From Octopus vulgaris (Eukaryota): 64,000 nucleotides of DNA. Of this stretch, positions 1-11,808 are shown one piece after another; position 1 is the first letter of the stretch; each line of letters begins with the position of its first letter. The stretch is taken from NCBI GenBank assembly GCA_951406725.2, contig OX597820.1, positions 75,392,001 through 75,456,000 on the forward strand, in the 5' to 3' direction. Below the pieces are notes generated by a model, which made no database searches, was not told where the DNA came from, and saw nothing but the letters and a program-made list of their open reading frames with translations. The position numbers were made by a program, and so were the translations under genes.

Positions 1-1360
1 GTTTTTGTAGGCCAACTAGCAGCACAGCTTTCACGTTGTGATTTCCGGGTAAGAAGCTGATTCTTGGTGACCAATCGTTTTCTTCGTAGTGCTGGCTGTC
101 GGTGCTACTATCACAAAGACACAGAAACCAAGAATACTTAGTGTATCCCTCTTGAAGACCTTGTAGGAGAGCAATAACTTTTAAATCATCAGAAATGAGA
201 AAATTGTGATTATGGTATTTGATTGCGGCGAGCTGGCAGAAACGTTAGCATACCGGGTAAAATGCGTAGCCGTATTTCGTCTGCCGATACGTTCTGAGTT
301 CAAATTCCGCCGAGGTCGACTTTGCCTTTCATCCTTTCGGGGTCGATAAATTAAGTACCAGTTACGCACTGGGGTCGATATAATCGACTTAATCCGTCTG
401 TCTGTCCTTGTTTGTTCCTTCTATGTTTAGCCCCTTGTGGGTAGTAAAGAAATAGGTATTTGATTGCAGTTATTACTCTCTTCAAATTTTCGTAAGTTCC
501 TGGCATTTGGCCCCTATGGTCAATTGGCACAGATGTAGCTGTGTTGCCATTGTAATGAAAAACAGCCTTTAAACTTCTGTTAGAAGAATCCCCATTCATC
601 TGCTTTATATCTGAAGAGCCCCCATTCATCTGCTTTATATGACATCCCCATGTGTTCAATAAGGCCGGAAATATTTGAACTGAAAACTAAAGAATCCTCT
701 TTCTGAAAGAACTGAGTGAATTCCGCTTCACGATAACGGTACCAAACGAATGTTCTACCGGGAGCTAGAAGCCTGTGTTCTTGCAGTCTATAGCCAAGTA
801 ACTGTGTGCACTTTCTTTTGGAAGGTTAAAGTCTCTAACCAAGTCACTGAGCTCAACGTGGTTGAAGAATTTGGGATCGTTATTTGTTGGTGATTCATAG
901 TCTACTTCCATCCCATTAGTATCTCTAGTATCAGACTCTGATGAAATTTCCCGTGTCTCAAGTGCCACAGGTATAGGAATATCATCCGAGTGTAGAACAG
1001 GTCTTAGTGGTGAAGGAATATTTGGGTATATTATGCGATCTTTAGTCTTCTTGTTGAATCCAGCTACTTTACTCATACAAAAGTAGCAGTGGTTTATCTG
1101 ATCCCGCCATACCATTGGTACCCCAAAGGGCATACATTTAAGTTTTCCAGGTGACCACATTTGAAGCTTACTGATGCAAATCTTGCAAGCTTTGTGAGGT
1201 GCAAGTGGCCTGTTTTGGTCTCCCAATTTGCAGCCAAACTATGCTAAATAGCAGTGCTTCAACAAAGGAGTAATATTGCTCTGGGAATCTGAAGTGGTGA
1301 ATTGAACACCGACTTAGCAGAATATATCTGGTGAATTGATGCAGCCTCTAGGCGTATTCA
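1..1360 (-). mobile_element. Decayed DNA transposon, Chapaev3-type (CMC) transposase pseudogene, split by a SINE; runs off the window start
   Basis: Minus-strand peptides RGCINSPDIFC..FGCKLGDQNRPLAPHKAC..MPFGVPMVWRD..HCYFC..YPNIPSPLRPVLHS..ELSDLVRDFNLPK, DSSNRSLKAVFHYNGN and (1-200) ISDDLKVIALLQGLQEGYTKYSWFLC match, in order, Chapaev3 transposase motifs as I recall them. Stops, frameshifts and a 20-bp tandem duplication (591-650) are present. Confidence 0.8.
227..454 (+). mobile_element. tRNA-derived SINE family A (Meta-domain-like core), long-tail form, with 13-bp TSD
   Basis: Head GGCGAGCTGGCAGAA, B-box-like GAGTTCAAATTCC, core GACTTTGCCTTTCATCCTTTCGGGGTCGATAAATTAAGTACC. GGTATTTGATTGC is duplicated at 214-226 and 455-467; removing the insertion restores the transposase frame (VITAIKYHNHNFLISDDLKV). 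Confidence 0.92.
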
Positions 1361-2782
1361 CAGTCTGAAAAGGAAGGAAATTATGTTAGATTTAATATTT
1401 AAGTCAATATAAGGTAAGCATCTTAATTTATCATATACGTATACAGAAAGAGAAAAGTAACGTCTCCGTATAACTTGACAACCTGATGTGATAGACAAGA
1501 ATAAAAAACACAATGACTCATTATTTTTCATATATATTCAGAAAAAGATACCATACAGCCAATAAAAAAAATATGCAGACCAGTGTAATTATAGAGTTCG
1601 GTAAATTAAGCGTATGGTAGTTACTTAATTTTCTGTAAATGCACACGCATACTCGCTTACAGGCACGCACGCATGCACTAACACACACACACACACTTAC
1701 GCACACAGAGAATCACACACTCATATACACTGACATGCTGTCACATTCGAAGACGTGTATAATGTATTTATTCGACGGCCTTATGGAAAGAAATATATGA
1801 CGATTCGTGGTCAATGTAAACAATTCTGATGGATTCGACCAGACATTAGATGTATGGAGAGAACAAATAGAATTTAGCCTATTGGTGACATACGTATATC
1901 CAGTTAATTACGAATAAGAACTAAAGCTGCTCCATGAAATGGTTTCGAGAGGTGAAAAACCCTGCGCAAGGAAAGCGACTAGAAAACGTATGGCAGAAGT
2001 AAAGAAGAAATGTCTAAATGTTATTCACTTCAGTTTCTAGCCATATTTCGCTAAAAAAAAATATGCTACTGTAATTTATATCATAGTAATATATGATGCA
2101 ATTTCAAATTCAGTTATTTTTCGTTATATCTTGTTTCTTATATTCGTATGGAATTGTCAATAAGTAAGTAAAAAAAAATATTTAAAAAAGACAAAAAAAC
2201 TACCAATATTTTTCTGTAGCTGAGGCTGGTGTTCCGAAAATGTGAAGGTGTCTTTTTCATGACATTCCATTTGCATAATTTTTTTCGAATATTATTTATT
2301 ATTATTCCTTCTCGCAATATTTCTATACAAACCAAAATGAAGACTTCTTCTCTATGGACAATGCCATTGCAGAAACACATCGGAGCTTTTTTTTTTTTTT
2401 AATATATTAAGATAATTTGTAAGTAATATGAAGTGAATGCAGTATCATAAAAAAACTTTATGCTTAAAAACACGACGCCGTATTTCTCTTAGCGCGTCCT
2501 GTTTTAGACATCTCATTTACAGTAAATCACACGCGATTTCGTATGTATAAGTTGTTATCAAGGCTCATTGCTAAAATATTCAGACCTATTCTTCATGATT
2601 AATTGGTATTTGTTATTTAGTAGCCTAGTTTCAAATGGTATTAACAACATCGTTCAATTTCCGTTCATGTTTAAAATAACCATAAAAAGGTTAACTATAA
2701 AATGAAGTTTGCTTATTTATCCGAACCTGAACGACAGATAAAATACTAAAACAAGAAAAGATGGTTGCAATAATTGCTTAAA

Positions 2783-2832
2783 CACAGACACACACACACA
2801 CACAGACACACACAGACACACACACACACACA

Positions 2833-2872
<40 letters not shown>

Positions 2873-2893
2873 CTAGAGGCTGCGAGTTAGTGT

Positions 2894-2925
<32 letters not shown>
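2783..2925. repeat. (CA)n followed by (TG)n microsatellites
   Basis: Direct reading. Confidence 0.95.
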
Positions 2926-3424
2926 TTATTACCTATATTGCTATATATGTGTATCCTGGATTTGCTTTTCGTGCAGAATCTTCTGATACAAATGAATATT
3001 ATGGCTATAACATTTTGCAGCTTTATATGAGTTTGCAGAGTTTAACAAATTATAATGATGAAATAGAAAATATTACGTAGCAGTTCCCAATGAGAAACAG
3101 AAAATATATCGGCCAAAATTTATAACTTTGTGCAAGTGGGTGTACAATGTTATAAAACAGTTCGCCTCTTGATAAAGTTTGGACTTTGTTATATCATGTT
3201 TATTTACATTACGTTTTCAAATCTCGCCAGTGTCAAATCTCATTTAAACCCCTCTAAGATTTGATAAAATAATCACCACAGTGTGTATTTTAATTATTTA
3301 TTTACTGATTTATTTATAGCCCTAGGACTCCTAAGGCCGGTTACTTGGTTTTCATGACCGAAATCACAACATCAATTTAGCGAGAAGCCAGTTCGTTACA
3401 GAATCCAAAGCAAGATATATATAC

Positions 3425-3466
<42 letters not shown>

Positions 3467-3470
<4 letters not shown>

Positions 3471-3640
3471 GAAATTTACAGAAAGACAAAAAAGCAAAGA
3501 CGAGTGTATAAACAACAATCAGATTCATTAGTTTGACGCTCGGAAAGGTGAGAAAGTCTTTTACGTTTCGAGACTACGCTCTTTAACAGAAAGAAACACG
3601 ATGAAATAAACATAGAGAATAAAAAATTTGCAGATTAAGA
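3467..3640 (-). mobile_element. Short (TA)n-anchored repeat, copy 1, with a minimal hammerhead-like motif (3557-3594); probable Penelope-like terminal derivative
   Basis: Homologous to 4187-4380. Minus strand reads TCTTT-CTGTTAA-A-GAG-cgtagt-CTC-GAAACGTA-AAAGA, and the 3' end abuts (TA)n. Confidence 0.65.
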
Positions 3641-3771
3641 AGTATATACATGTGTGTGTGTGTGTGTGTATGTGTGTGTGTGTGTGTGTGTGAAACAAAA
3701 CCAGTGGATTTGAAAAGATAGAATATACAGGCAACGAGTTTACATGCGGTTCTCCTTGTGTGTACATTTAA

Positions 3772-3865
3772 CATCTAAAGGCTACCTACTGATGAAGACT
3801 GGCCTCAGTAAATATTTTTTTACTGAAACTAGTCAGAAACCATGGTCTAGGAACTTAATTAGATG
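3772..3865 (+). ncRNA. Type I hammerhead ribozyme candidate (Penelope/retrozyme-type, palindromic stem III)
   Basis: CCTA-CTGATGA-a-GACTGG..TCAGTAAA/TTTACTGA..CTAGTC-a-GAAAC-CATG-GTC-TAGG. Stem I CCTA/TAGG is extended by CATCTAA/TTAGATG; stem III is the palindrome ACCATGGT. Confidence 0.75.
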
Positions 3866-4092
3866 GTAAATGTTTTTAATTTTCATTCCTTTCGAGAATT
3901 TTTCCCTAATTAGTGGTTTGAGTCTTCTACTGCTCTTTCTAGCACAAGGGTTTCCTATGATGGAAACCACTTAATGTGTTTTAATGTACACGATATTTTT
4001 ATGTGAATAATATACAACCTATTGACTAATTTTTTTTGTGCTAGGCCACTGGTAATAATAATTTCTATAATTCTTATTACCCTAATATCATT

Positions 4093-4094
<2 letters not shown>

Positions 4095-4178
<84 letters not shown>
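4095..4178. repeat. (TA)n microsatellite
   Basis: Direct reading. Confidence 0.95.
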
Positions 4179-4181
<3 letters not shown>

Positions 4182-4186
4182 TATAT

Positions 4187-4380
4187 AGTTGAAATTTACA
4201 GGAAAACAGAAGGCGAAGACTGGTGTATGAAAAACAAGTAGGTGTATTAGTTTGACGCTCGTGAAGTGAGAAAGCCTTTTAAGTTTCGAGCCCACGCTTT
4301 TCAACAGAAAAGAATATGAGGAAATAAACAGAGAGAGAATAAAAAAACTTGTGGATTTAGCGACAAAGCATGGTGGCTGT
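4187..4380 (-). mobile_element. Short (TA)n-anchored repeat, copy 2, with a decayed hammerhead-like motif (4276-4312)
   Basis: Shares ATAGTTGAAATTTACAG, TTAGTTTGACGCTCG and GTGAGAAAG with 3467-3640. Minus strand reads CTTTT-CTGTTGA-AAAGcgtgggCTC-GAAACTTA-AAAG. Confidence 0.65.
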
Positions 4381-4699
4381 ATATATGTGTATGTGTGTGT
4401 GTGTATGTGTGTCACCATAGCCATAAATCTATGATTTGTATAGTAAAACAAATTCTTATACTGATTATATCATAACATTTTTTTCTATTTTAATAGGATT
4501 TACTTAATAGAATTAACATAGGAAGTATACTTCATAAATAAAAAATTGGACTTTTACGGGGGAAATATTTTGAGAACATTATATTAACATCTAATGTTCG
4601 GTATAAATCATGAGGAATACATTTGAAATATTTTTTTTTATTTCTCAAAGTCTTTAATACTTTTGATATATTTATTTTTCATGTGTGCCAGTGTGTGGA

Positions 4700-4840
4700 A
4701 GGCGACGAGCTGCTAGAATCGTCGAAATCGACTTTGCCTTTCATCATTTTGGGGTCGATAAATTAAGTATCAATTGCGTACTGGGATCGATGTAATCCAC
4801 TGGTCCCCTCCCCCAAAATTTTGGGCCTTATTTATATAGA
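4700..4840 (+). mobile_element. SINE family A, internally deleted
   Basis: GGCGACGAGCTG head and GACTTTGCCTTTCATC core, short tail. Confidence 0.8.
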
Positions 4841-4843
4841 AAC

Positions 4844-6070
4844 GTTTGCTGAAAAGTTCATAGCCTGACTTCTAAGAAATGATGGTACAACTGTGCAATC
4901 CTGCACGCATTAATTTTAGTACTTCTGATTAACAACTGCATTGTTGCTTTCAAATAAATTGGCAGCTTATTGCTCAAAGACTTCAAACGTGACTAGTAGC
5001 GACTACTTTTAAAACTTGGACGAAATTTGGCCTCGTTATATTATCAAATACCTGCAGAGAAAGGGTTTAGCTCCCAAGCACATATATGCTAACATGTCTG
5101 TTACATTAGGGGATGACATCCCAGCTTCATCAACAGTGCAAAAGCGATCAGGTGAATTTAGAAGGGGAAGAGAGTTTTGAATGGACTTCTGAGGCTGCCT
5201 CCGCTGAGGAAAGCATGGATCGATTTCACTACATGCATAGATGACAGGCGATTGACTATGAATTAAATAGCCAATGTTAGCATATCAGTGAGGATTGAGA
5301 ATATTCTGCACGATGGGCTTCGAATGATGAAAGTTTCTGCATGGTGGGTGTCACATCTGACACTTCATCAAAAGTTGACCTGGCTGATCAAATCATGGGA
5401 AAATCTGACACTGTTTGAGGCTAATCTAGCTGGTTTCCTTGAAAGTTTCCTAACCCAGGTCGAGTGGTGGGCTCATAACCTTGAGCTAGAGATAAAAAGA
5501 CAATTCATGCAGTGAAAACACCCCTTTCACCAGCTCCAAGCAAACTGGTTCCTTTGCATGTAATAGGATGGCCTCAGTGTTTGGGGTGTAAGAGGCATTG
5601 CTTTTATTGACTGTCTTCAGAAATGTCACACCATTAATTGAGAGTACTATGCCAACTAGCTGAGGCAATTACGAAAGGCTATCAAGACCAAACATCGAGG
5701 AAAACTGTTAAATGGATTTTGTTTCATAAGAACAATGCTCCAGCACACAGATCTTTGGTTTCAGTGGCTGCTGTGGCTGACGTGCTTTTAACTGGTCTGC
5801 TACATTCCCTGTGCCCTGCTTTGGTTCCATCTGACTCTTATCTGTTCTCCAACATGAAAGCGCCTTTGCCAGGGAACCAGTACTGCAGTAATGATGACCT
5901 CATATCTTGTGTTGATTATTCTGATGAAAAAGACAAAAGCTTCTTCAGAAATTGTATTCAAGCACTGCAACACAATGGAAGAAGTGTGTGGACTGCAAGG
6001 GGCATTATGTCGAAAAATATACCATATTGAGAGTATTTTAGAAAGCCTATGAACTTTTTAGCAGACACTT
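4844..6070 (+). mobile_element. Mariner (irritans/Himar1-like) DNA transposon, full length but pseudogenised
   Basis: TIR remnants GTTTGCTGAAAAGTTCATAGCC (4844-4865) and GCCTATGAACTTTTTAGCAGAC (6045-6066). Peptides IIKYLQRKGLAPK, KVSAWWVSHLT, TQVEWWAH, MASVFGV, FHKNNAPAH and PALVPSDSYLF are decayed mariner motifs. Confidence 0.9.
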
Positions 6071-6087
6071 GAATGTGTGTGTAAAAC

Positions 6088-6225
6088 GGTGAGCTAGCAG
6101 AATCATTAGCACGCCGATGAAAATACTTAGCGGTATTTCCTCTGTCTTTACCTTCAGCGCTCAAATTCCGTCGCGGTTGACTTTGCCTTTAATCCCTTCG
6201 GAGGTCGAGAAAATAAATACCGGCC
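6088..6225 (+). mobile_element. SINE family A
   Basis: GGTGAGCTAGCAGAATC head and GACTTTGCCTTTAATCC core. Confidence 0.8.
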
Positions 6226-6667
6226 TAGTGCAAAAGCTTGATACAAATATTCCGTATATGTGAGTACAGTCATTCCTATATGATTTTATAATAAGCAAGC
6301 AATGACACTTCTTAAATGTAGTATTTAGTTACATGGTATTGTAAATCAAGGATAATAATTCAATAACAGTAAATAAGTTTTATATTTCAATATCTCATAT
6401 TATGCAAATGAGAGAAAATAGAATATATTCAGTGATGGCATTTTAGAGATAGAGTTTATATAATTCTTTCGCCTAAATATTCAGAAATTTGCAAAATTTA
6501 CTATTGGTAATAAGTTTTGCAATTCAATATTGTAAAATTTATGTGGCAATCTATGGCTTGTTATATTTGATCAGTGTACACACGTACTGGCTTATGCGCA
6601 CATACACACTCATATTATGTACATGTGGGTTTGTCTGTGCTTGTGTGTGTGTGTGTATATTTGTGTG

Positions 6668-6965
6668 AAGGCACGTGGCCTAGTATTTTAGCGTATTGCA
6701 CTTAGAATCGTGAGATTGTGGTCTCGATTGACAGACCGGCTGCACGTTTTGCTTTTGAGCAAAACAATTCATTTCCCGTTGTACCAGTTCACAGAGTTGT
6801 AGAGGGGTGAACCTGCGGTGAAACAAGCATTGGGATCGCGTTGAAGGTTGGCCTGCACGCTCAGACAGCGGGGTAGTATCATTCAAATAGCTTCAACGAT
6901 GCAAAGCGCTCTATCACCAGCGATGTATAACCCATCCGATAGTATGGTTGATTACGTGATCACGT
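6668..6965 (+). mobile_element. SINE family C variant (tRNA-like head), diverged
   Basis: GGCACGTGGCCTAG head. The 3' part CAGCGGGGTAGTATCATTC..ACCAGCGATGTATAAC is shared with 43078-43350. Confidence 0.7.
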
Positions 6966-7134
6966 TTCGGTGAAGAGGTCACATATGTGTGACGAAATAT
7001 TTCCCGACAATGGGAATGAGTTAGAATAAGAACAGTAATAAACTAGTGAAGAACAAATATATATTTCCGTGCACAGCCTAATGATACCAACTAGCAATAA
7101 CAGTTTTGTGGGGGTGTACCAAGTTGTGCCTGTT

Positions 7135-7820
7135 TCTTAAGATCATAACCCTTATTCCTGGGATGATTACACTAGAGTCTGTTTTAACCATAGTCATCGG
7201 GTGGCTCATGATTCATGTGTCCATTTCCTCAGGCGATATGGCATTAAGGTTAGAAGCAACGTGTGTATAGCTGAAAGTTGTTTATCAATTTTCACAGGTG
7301 AGAAGGTCGAATGGGTAGTTCTATGTGTATTTGGTGGGAGGAGCAGAAGGTGGTGGAAAGTGAGGAAAGAACGGTAATGGTAAAAGAGACGGTGGCATGT
7401 GTGGTGAAGTTTGATTTGTTTGCGTATATGTGTATGCAGTTGTCAGGATGGGTACCACAGTGTATTGGTTCGACCTTAGTCACAGCTGGCGCAGCTTCAG
7501 TGAATTCAGAAGTAGTCAGGCCAGGATGTATAGCTATTCTGTTGCTGAAGTTCATTGATTTGACAAATTATGTTCTCGTAAAGTGTAGTTTTAATTGTTT
7601 TTGGTGGTACAATGATATAGCATATAGCATAGTTTCAGTGGACGTTAACCTTTTCGTTGGTGAAAATTAATAAACAAACTTCACTTATACATTCGTTGCT
7701 TCTAACATTAATGCCATATCTACTAAGGAAATAATCACATGAACCATAAGCAACCCGATGCCTACGGATGCTACGGACTGTAGTGTAATCATCCCAGGAA
7801 TACGGACTATGATCTTAAGA
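7135..7820. repeat. Long diverged inverted repeat (arms 7135-7268 and 7686-7820) around a ~420-bp core
   Basis: Reverse complement of the left arm (GTTGCTTCTAACCTTAATGCCATATC..TAGTGTAATCATCCCAGGAATA..TATGATCTTAAGA) matches the right arm. Confidence 0.85.
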
Positions 7821-7879
7821 GTCATGTGATTTGTGGAAATGCGCGTAGCATTAAAATATTTATAAATTTCCTGCATGGA

Positions 7880-8033
<154 letters not shown>

Positions 8034-8269
8034 CGTGTCTTCTATTGAGTCTGCTAAAATGAATTCATAAGCAAACATGTAACATCCAAATGTACATCGT
8101 TTTTCCTCTGATCATATTGTGATCATGTCACATACATGTAAATGTTTAATGTTTATTGAGTATTAACAGAAACGGCTGTGAGTGAAGATGACCAATTTGC
8201 TGTTAATAATAAACAATTGTTAACTTCCTAATTTCCATTTTCTTTTCTTCTTTGAAACGAATATAAACA

Positions 8270-8625
<356 letters not shown>

Positions 8626-9327
8626 TATGAGAAAATCACATTTGCGCCAAATATATTCACACTGTATTACAAGTAAGTTTATACTTACGCGTAACACGTG
8701 GTAAGATGAAATTTACATTAACAAGTGGGTGGATCATATTTGTTACATAACCAAATATTTGCGATCATATTCAGTGTTTCGGGATATGTATTCGTTGAGG
8801 TAAATTAACAGCATCGATATTGGAGCCTCGCTGTTTATTAAATAGGAATTTAAATGGATATTAGCCATCGCTGCTGTTCTTCCGTGTGCATAAGTAACGG
8901 TATGATAGAAGTGAAAGTATAAGTTTCTATACGTATGAAATAAATATACAAACCGTCTGAGTTACTAGGGCGTAACTCCATCATCGCAATTGTTGGCAAG
9001 TTCCTATAAGATATTTTGAGGATCTGTGTAGGCTCGACTTGCTAGGTCTAGCGACGAAATCGTTCTCAAATCATATTTTACCATGTTGAAAATGTTAGAG
9101 GGATATATTGAATAATTTAATTCGAGATACGCAATACCCATGAGGAAGCTGATTCGGTCACGGCTTACAGGGTTACGAGGGCGTCACTTCATCATTAAAA
9201 TTAGTTACAGCTTCATATGGTATAACTGACGTCGAGGCGACGAAGGCGACAATATGAGATCACTTTATCCATTTATTATTTTTTTTTTACGTTGTTGCCT
9301 TTGGAGTCAATTCTCATCCACTGATGT

Positions 9328-9630
9328 GAAGGCCCGTGGCTTAGTGATTAGGTTATTTGGATCACGATCGCAATGTCGTGAGTTCGATTCCCGACAGCGC
9401 GTTTTTTTCTATGAGCTACACTCTTTGTTTCACTTTGCTACAGTTCACTCAGCTGGTAATTACGAGTTGTACCTGTAATTTAAAAAGCAATCTTTGTCAC
9501 ATTGTGTATCATACTGAATCTCCCTGAGAACTACGTTAAGAAGATTTGTGTCTGAGGTTAATTTATCACGCTAATCGTTTCCATTGATCAGACTAACTGA
9601 AACAATCGTCGCGTAACCGACAGACTGCCA
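9328..9630 (+). mobile_element. SINE family C
   Basis: GGCCCGTGGCTTAGTG A-box-like, GAGTTCGATTCC B-box, CTGAATCTCCCTGAGAACTACGTTAAG body and GTAACCGAC tail. Confidence 0.8.
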
Positions 9631-9663
9631 ATTTCTTTTCCTAATATGGATTTAGTGAAACCA

Positions 9664-10229
9664 TATTCTTTTATACTCTAAGCACAAGGCCCGAAATCTT
9701 AGGAGTGGGGGCCAGTCGATTCGATCGACTTAATTAGTACTTAATTTATTGACCCCGAAAGGATGAAAGGCAAAGTCGACCTCGGTGGAATTTGAACTCA
9801 GAACGTAGCGGCAGACGAAATACCTATTTCTTTACTATCCACAAGGGGCTAAACACAGAGAGGACAAACAAACGGATTAAGTCGATTATATCGCCCCTGT
9901 GCGTAACTGGTACTTATTTAATCGACCGCGAAAGGATGAAAGGCAAAGTCGACCTCGGTGGAATTTGAACTCAGAACGTAACGGCAGACGAAATACCTAT
10001 TTCTTTACTATCCACAAGGGGTTAAACATAGAGAGGACAAACAAGGACAGACAAACGGATCAAGTCGATTATATCGACCCCAGTGAGTAACTGGCACTTA
10101 TTTAATCGACCCCGAAAGGATGGAAGGCAAAGTCGACCTCGGCGAAATTTGAACTCAGAACGTAACGGCAGACGAAATACGGCTACGCATTTCGCCCGGC
10201 GTGCTAACGTTACTGCCAGCTCACAGCCT
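9664..10229 (-). mobile_element. SINE family A head-to-tail trimer
   Basis: Three copies of GAAAGGATG(A/G)AAGGCAAAGTCGACCTCGG..GAACTCAGAACGTA joined by GACGAAATACCTATTTC; one head at ~10190-10229. Confidence 0.92.
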
Positions 10230-11118
10230 TTCAGTGAAACCATCTTATATCAGAAATGGAAAAGAACAAATCGGAAAACTTTTAAAACATAGAATCAGAG
10301 TTTCTTTTTCAATATAAACGCATTAAATAAAAATACACGTGAAAATACTAAGCAATGTGCTCGATATACAATGCCTTCGGTTGAGAAGCTTTTTATCATT
10401 CCTCTTTCTCATTCACTTATTACACTTGGACCTCTGTGAAATTGTCATTTTAATCTTAAATGAGAGAGTAATAATTGCTATAGACATTGAAATCATGGGT
10501 CGATTATGCGAAGTCGTGGCATATGTGTGTCCTCAGTAATATTTTAGCCTGGTAGGGCCCATTCCTTTCCAAGTCTGACAATAGGTGATTTATTTCAGGT
10601 TGTAAGGAAAGAGAGCGAGAGAGAAAAAGGAGAAAGACAGAGTGATCAAGGAAAAGACAGATAAAGTGAGCAGGCTCCCTTTCAGTACAGCTTTACGGCT
10701 ATATTTACTGACTCCGAACGGAAGAAAGACATATTTCGCTTCATAGGTATTGGTATTCAGAGAAGAGACAGATGGAATGAATACCACAAGATCATGTGTC
10801 CAATGCTTTTTTCGTTTGGCCGTTTGCCACTGATAATTAAGTACCTCGTAATGGTGAAACGACTGTCGTTGCAGCCGAGTATCCGTGAGTTGGTACCAGA
10901 AGTTTATCATGTCGAGTTTGTGTGAGTCGCTACAAAAGACCTTATTTCCATTTCTCAAATAATTCTGAACATGATGGAAAGAAGAATCCATGTACAGATC
11001 CTCGCAAACTCAGGTTTGAACAAATATTATTTAACTTCGATCCACAATACAGAGAACACTTTTGGATAATTGCATTTCATATCAGTGCGGTTTCACAGTT
11101 ATGCTTACAGTATAAAGA

Positions 11119-11325
11119 GTAATACCTCGCCATATCGCGGTTTATTATTTAAGCTTACATCGATTCCTTCGAGGTTTTGCTTTGCATTTATAATAAAATA
11201 AATATATAAAAATTATAAAAATAATATAAAATATATATAAAGTACAGTACTGTTTCTACTTCACGGATTTTCACTTATCGCGTGTGTTGGTGGTGGTTTG
11301 GAATGTATCACTCGCGATAGTGCAT
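11119..11325. mobile_element. pogo/Tigger-like non-autonomous element (MITE), decayed
   Basis: AGTAATACCTCGCCATATCGCGG start and TTCTACTTCACGGATTTTCACTTATCGCG..CTCGCGATA subterminal repeats resemble Tigger-derived MITEs. Confidence 0.55.
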
Positions 11326-11483
11326 GATTTGTAAACGATCCCGTAAAATGTGGCCCAAATTCGATAGGTTGTCTTAAATATCAATTATAAAATCTAAACC
11401 TCAATTTTCTGTTATTTAGAGTGTCACTGGTCACAATGATGTTCCGTATAAAACAATTTCTAACATTTATAAATATATTTCAT

Positions 11484-11808
11484 ATTCTTTTCTACTCTAG
11501 GCACAAGGCCCGAAAATTTTGGGGAGGGGAGGCCAGTTGATTAGATCGACCCAGGTACGCAACCTCGGCACAATTTGAACTCAAAACGTAAAAACAGACG
11601 CAATACCTATTTCTTTACTACCCACAAGGGGCTAAACACAGACTGAATAAACAAGGACATACAACTGGATTAAGTCGATTATATCGACACCAGTGCGTAA
11701 CTGGTACTTAATTTATCGACCCCGAAAGGATGAAAGGCAAAGTCGACCTCGGCAGAATTTGAACTCAAAACGTAATGTCAGACGCAATACCGCTAAGCAT
11801 TTCTCCCA
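11484..11808 (-). mobile_element. SINE family A dimer
   Basis: Two bodies joined at GACGCAATACCTATTTC; short tail at the left end. Confidence 0.88.

Noticed and set aside
2138-2380. ORF containing NGIVHREE, reminiscent of mariner GIVH.E
   Set aside because: Only a few residues match, with no other transposase motifs or TIRs.
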